Below the pieces are notes generated by a model. The model searched no databases and was not told where the DNA came from. It was given only the letters and a program-made list of their open reading frames with translations. A stretch of 64,000 bases of DNA from Scyliorhinus canicula (Eukaryota). A program made the translations under genes and the position numbers. Where the stretch lies: contig NC_052158.1 in the NCBI RefSeq assembly GCF_902713615.1, positions 144,567,862-144,631,861 of the forward strand, written 5' to 3'. Below, one piece after another: positions 63,031-64,000 of the stretch; within the stretch, counting starts at the first letter, position 1; the number at the start of each line of letters is the position of its first letter.

Positions 63031-63689
63031 GGGCACGATTCTCCCAAAACAGGAGAAATCGTAAGGCTGGCGTCAAACCCGAGCGGGTTTGACGCCAGCG
63101 CGCCCCTTCCCGACCGGGAACCGATTCTGGTCCCCGGTCGGGGCTAGCAGCCCGACGGCGCAAGCTCCGGCATCACGGGCTTAACGAATTTCGTTAAGCC
63201 CGCTTGCCGGAGTTAGCGCCGGCTGACGCGTCATATGACGTCAGCCGCGCATGCGCGGATGACGTCATCGCGTATTTGCGCGAAACCCGCGCATGCGCGG
63301 GCCGGGATGCCCCTCAGCCGCCCCGCGAATGGATACTGCGGGGGCGGCGGAAGGACAAATAGTGCGCGGGCATCAGGCCCATGGCACCCTTGGCACGGCC
63401 GTGGTACTGCCGTGCCAATCGGTGCCATGGTTATAAAAAGCGAGTTGTTCCCGCCGTTTTTACGAACGGCCAGACCAGGTCTGTTTGCCGTTCGTAAAAA
63501 CAGCGTAAAGGGATGGGACTTCGGCCCATCGAACAGCTGTGAATCGCTGCCGGCCGTAAAAAAACGGCGGCAGCAATTCGTGTCGGGAGTTGGGCGGGGG
63601 GGGGGGAGAATAGCGGGAGGGCGGGAAAAATGTCGGGAAGGCCCTCCCGCTATTCTCCGACCCGTCGTGGTGGTTGGAGAATTTCGCCC
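63031..63689. mobile_element. Harbinger-type MITE in intron 2 of gene B
   Basis: TIRs GGGCACGATTCTCC / GGAGAATTTCGCCC with 3-bp TSD GGG. Confidence 0.8.
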
Positions 63690-64000
63690 GGGGGGTTTCC
63701 CTTATGAATAAAGGTTGAACAGGTTGTTTAAAACTTAGAAGAATGAGAGATGAAATGAAATGAAATGAAAATCGCTTATTGTCACAAGTAGGCTTCAATG
63801 AAGTTACTGTGAAAAGCCCCTAGTCGCCACATTCCGGCGCCTGTTCGGGGAGGCTGTTACGGGAATGATGATCTTAATGAGACAAATAAGATCCTGAGGA
63901 GATTTGGTCGGGGTTATTTTCTACAGTACTAGAACCAGGCATGGGCAGTTTATAAGTGGCCCAGTGTTTATGACGGTGATGAAGAGAATTTTGTTCAGAG

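Overview
Vertebrate genomic DNA. The repeat content (HE1/V-type and Deu-type SINEs, CR1, L1/Tx1, Rex1, Harbinger MITEs) points to a cartilaginous fish, probably a shark; this is an inference. Most of the window is transposon debris, and most listed ORFs are TE fragments or GC-rich artefacts. Two tandem + strand genes of the L6/TM4SF four-pass membrane family are present. Gene A is complete: five exons (1682-1861, 13991-14842, 25521-25657, 25924-26104, 35146-35163), all GT-AG, phases consistent, 455 aa, TM4SF4-like. Gene B starts at 61529, with only exons 1-2 inside the window. The main finding is exon 2 of gene A: 852 nt instead of the 90 nt seen in gene B. It replaces the short cytoplasmic CCGCCG loop with a ~265-aa domain holding 98 cysteines in regular 17-aa and 11-aa repeats, i.e. 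a candidate membrane-anchored metallothionein-like or keratin-associated-like protein. Also present: a diverged U2 snRNA-like sequence with stems kept by compensatory changes, a 2.4-kb G-rich 18-bp minisatellite with higher-order structure, a decayed two-gene Harbinger element plus MITEs, solo LTRs, a young L1 and a short interstitial telomeric tract.
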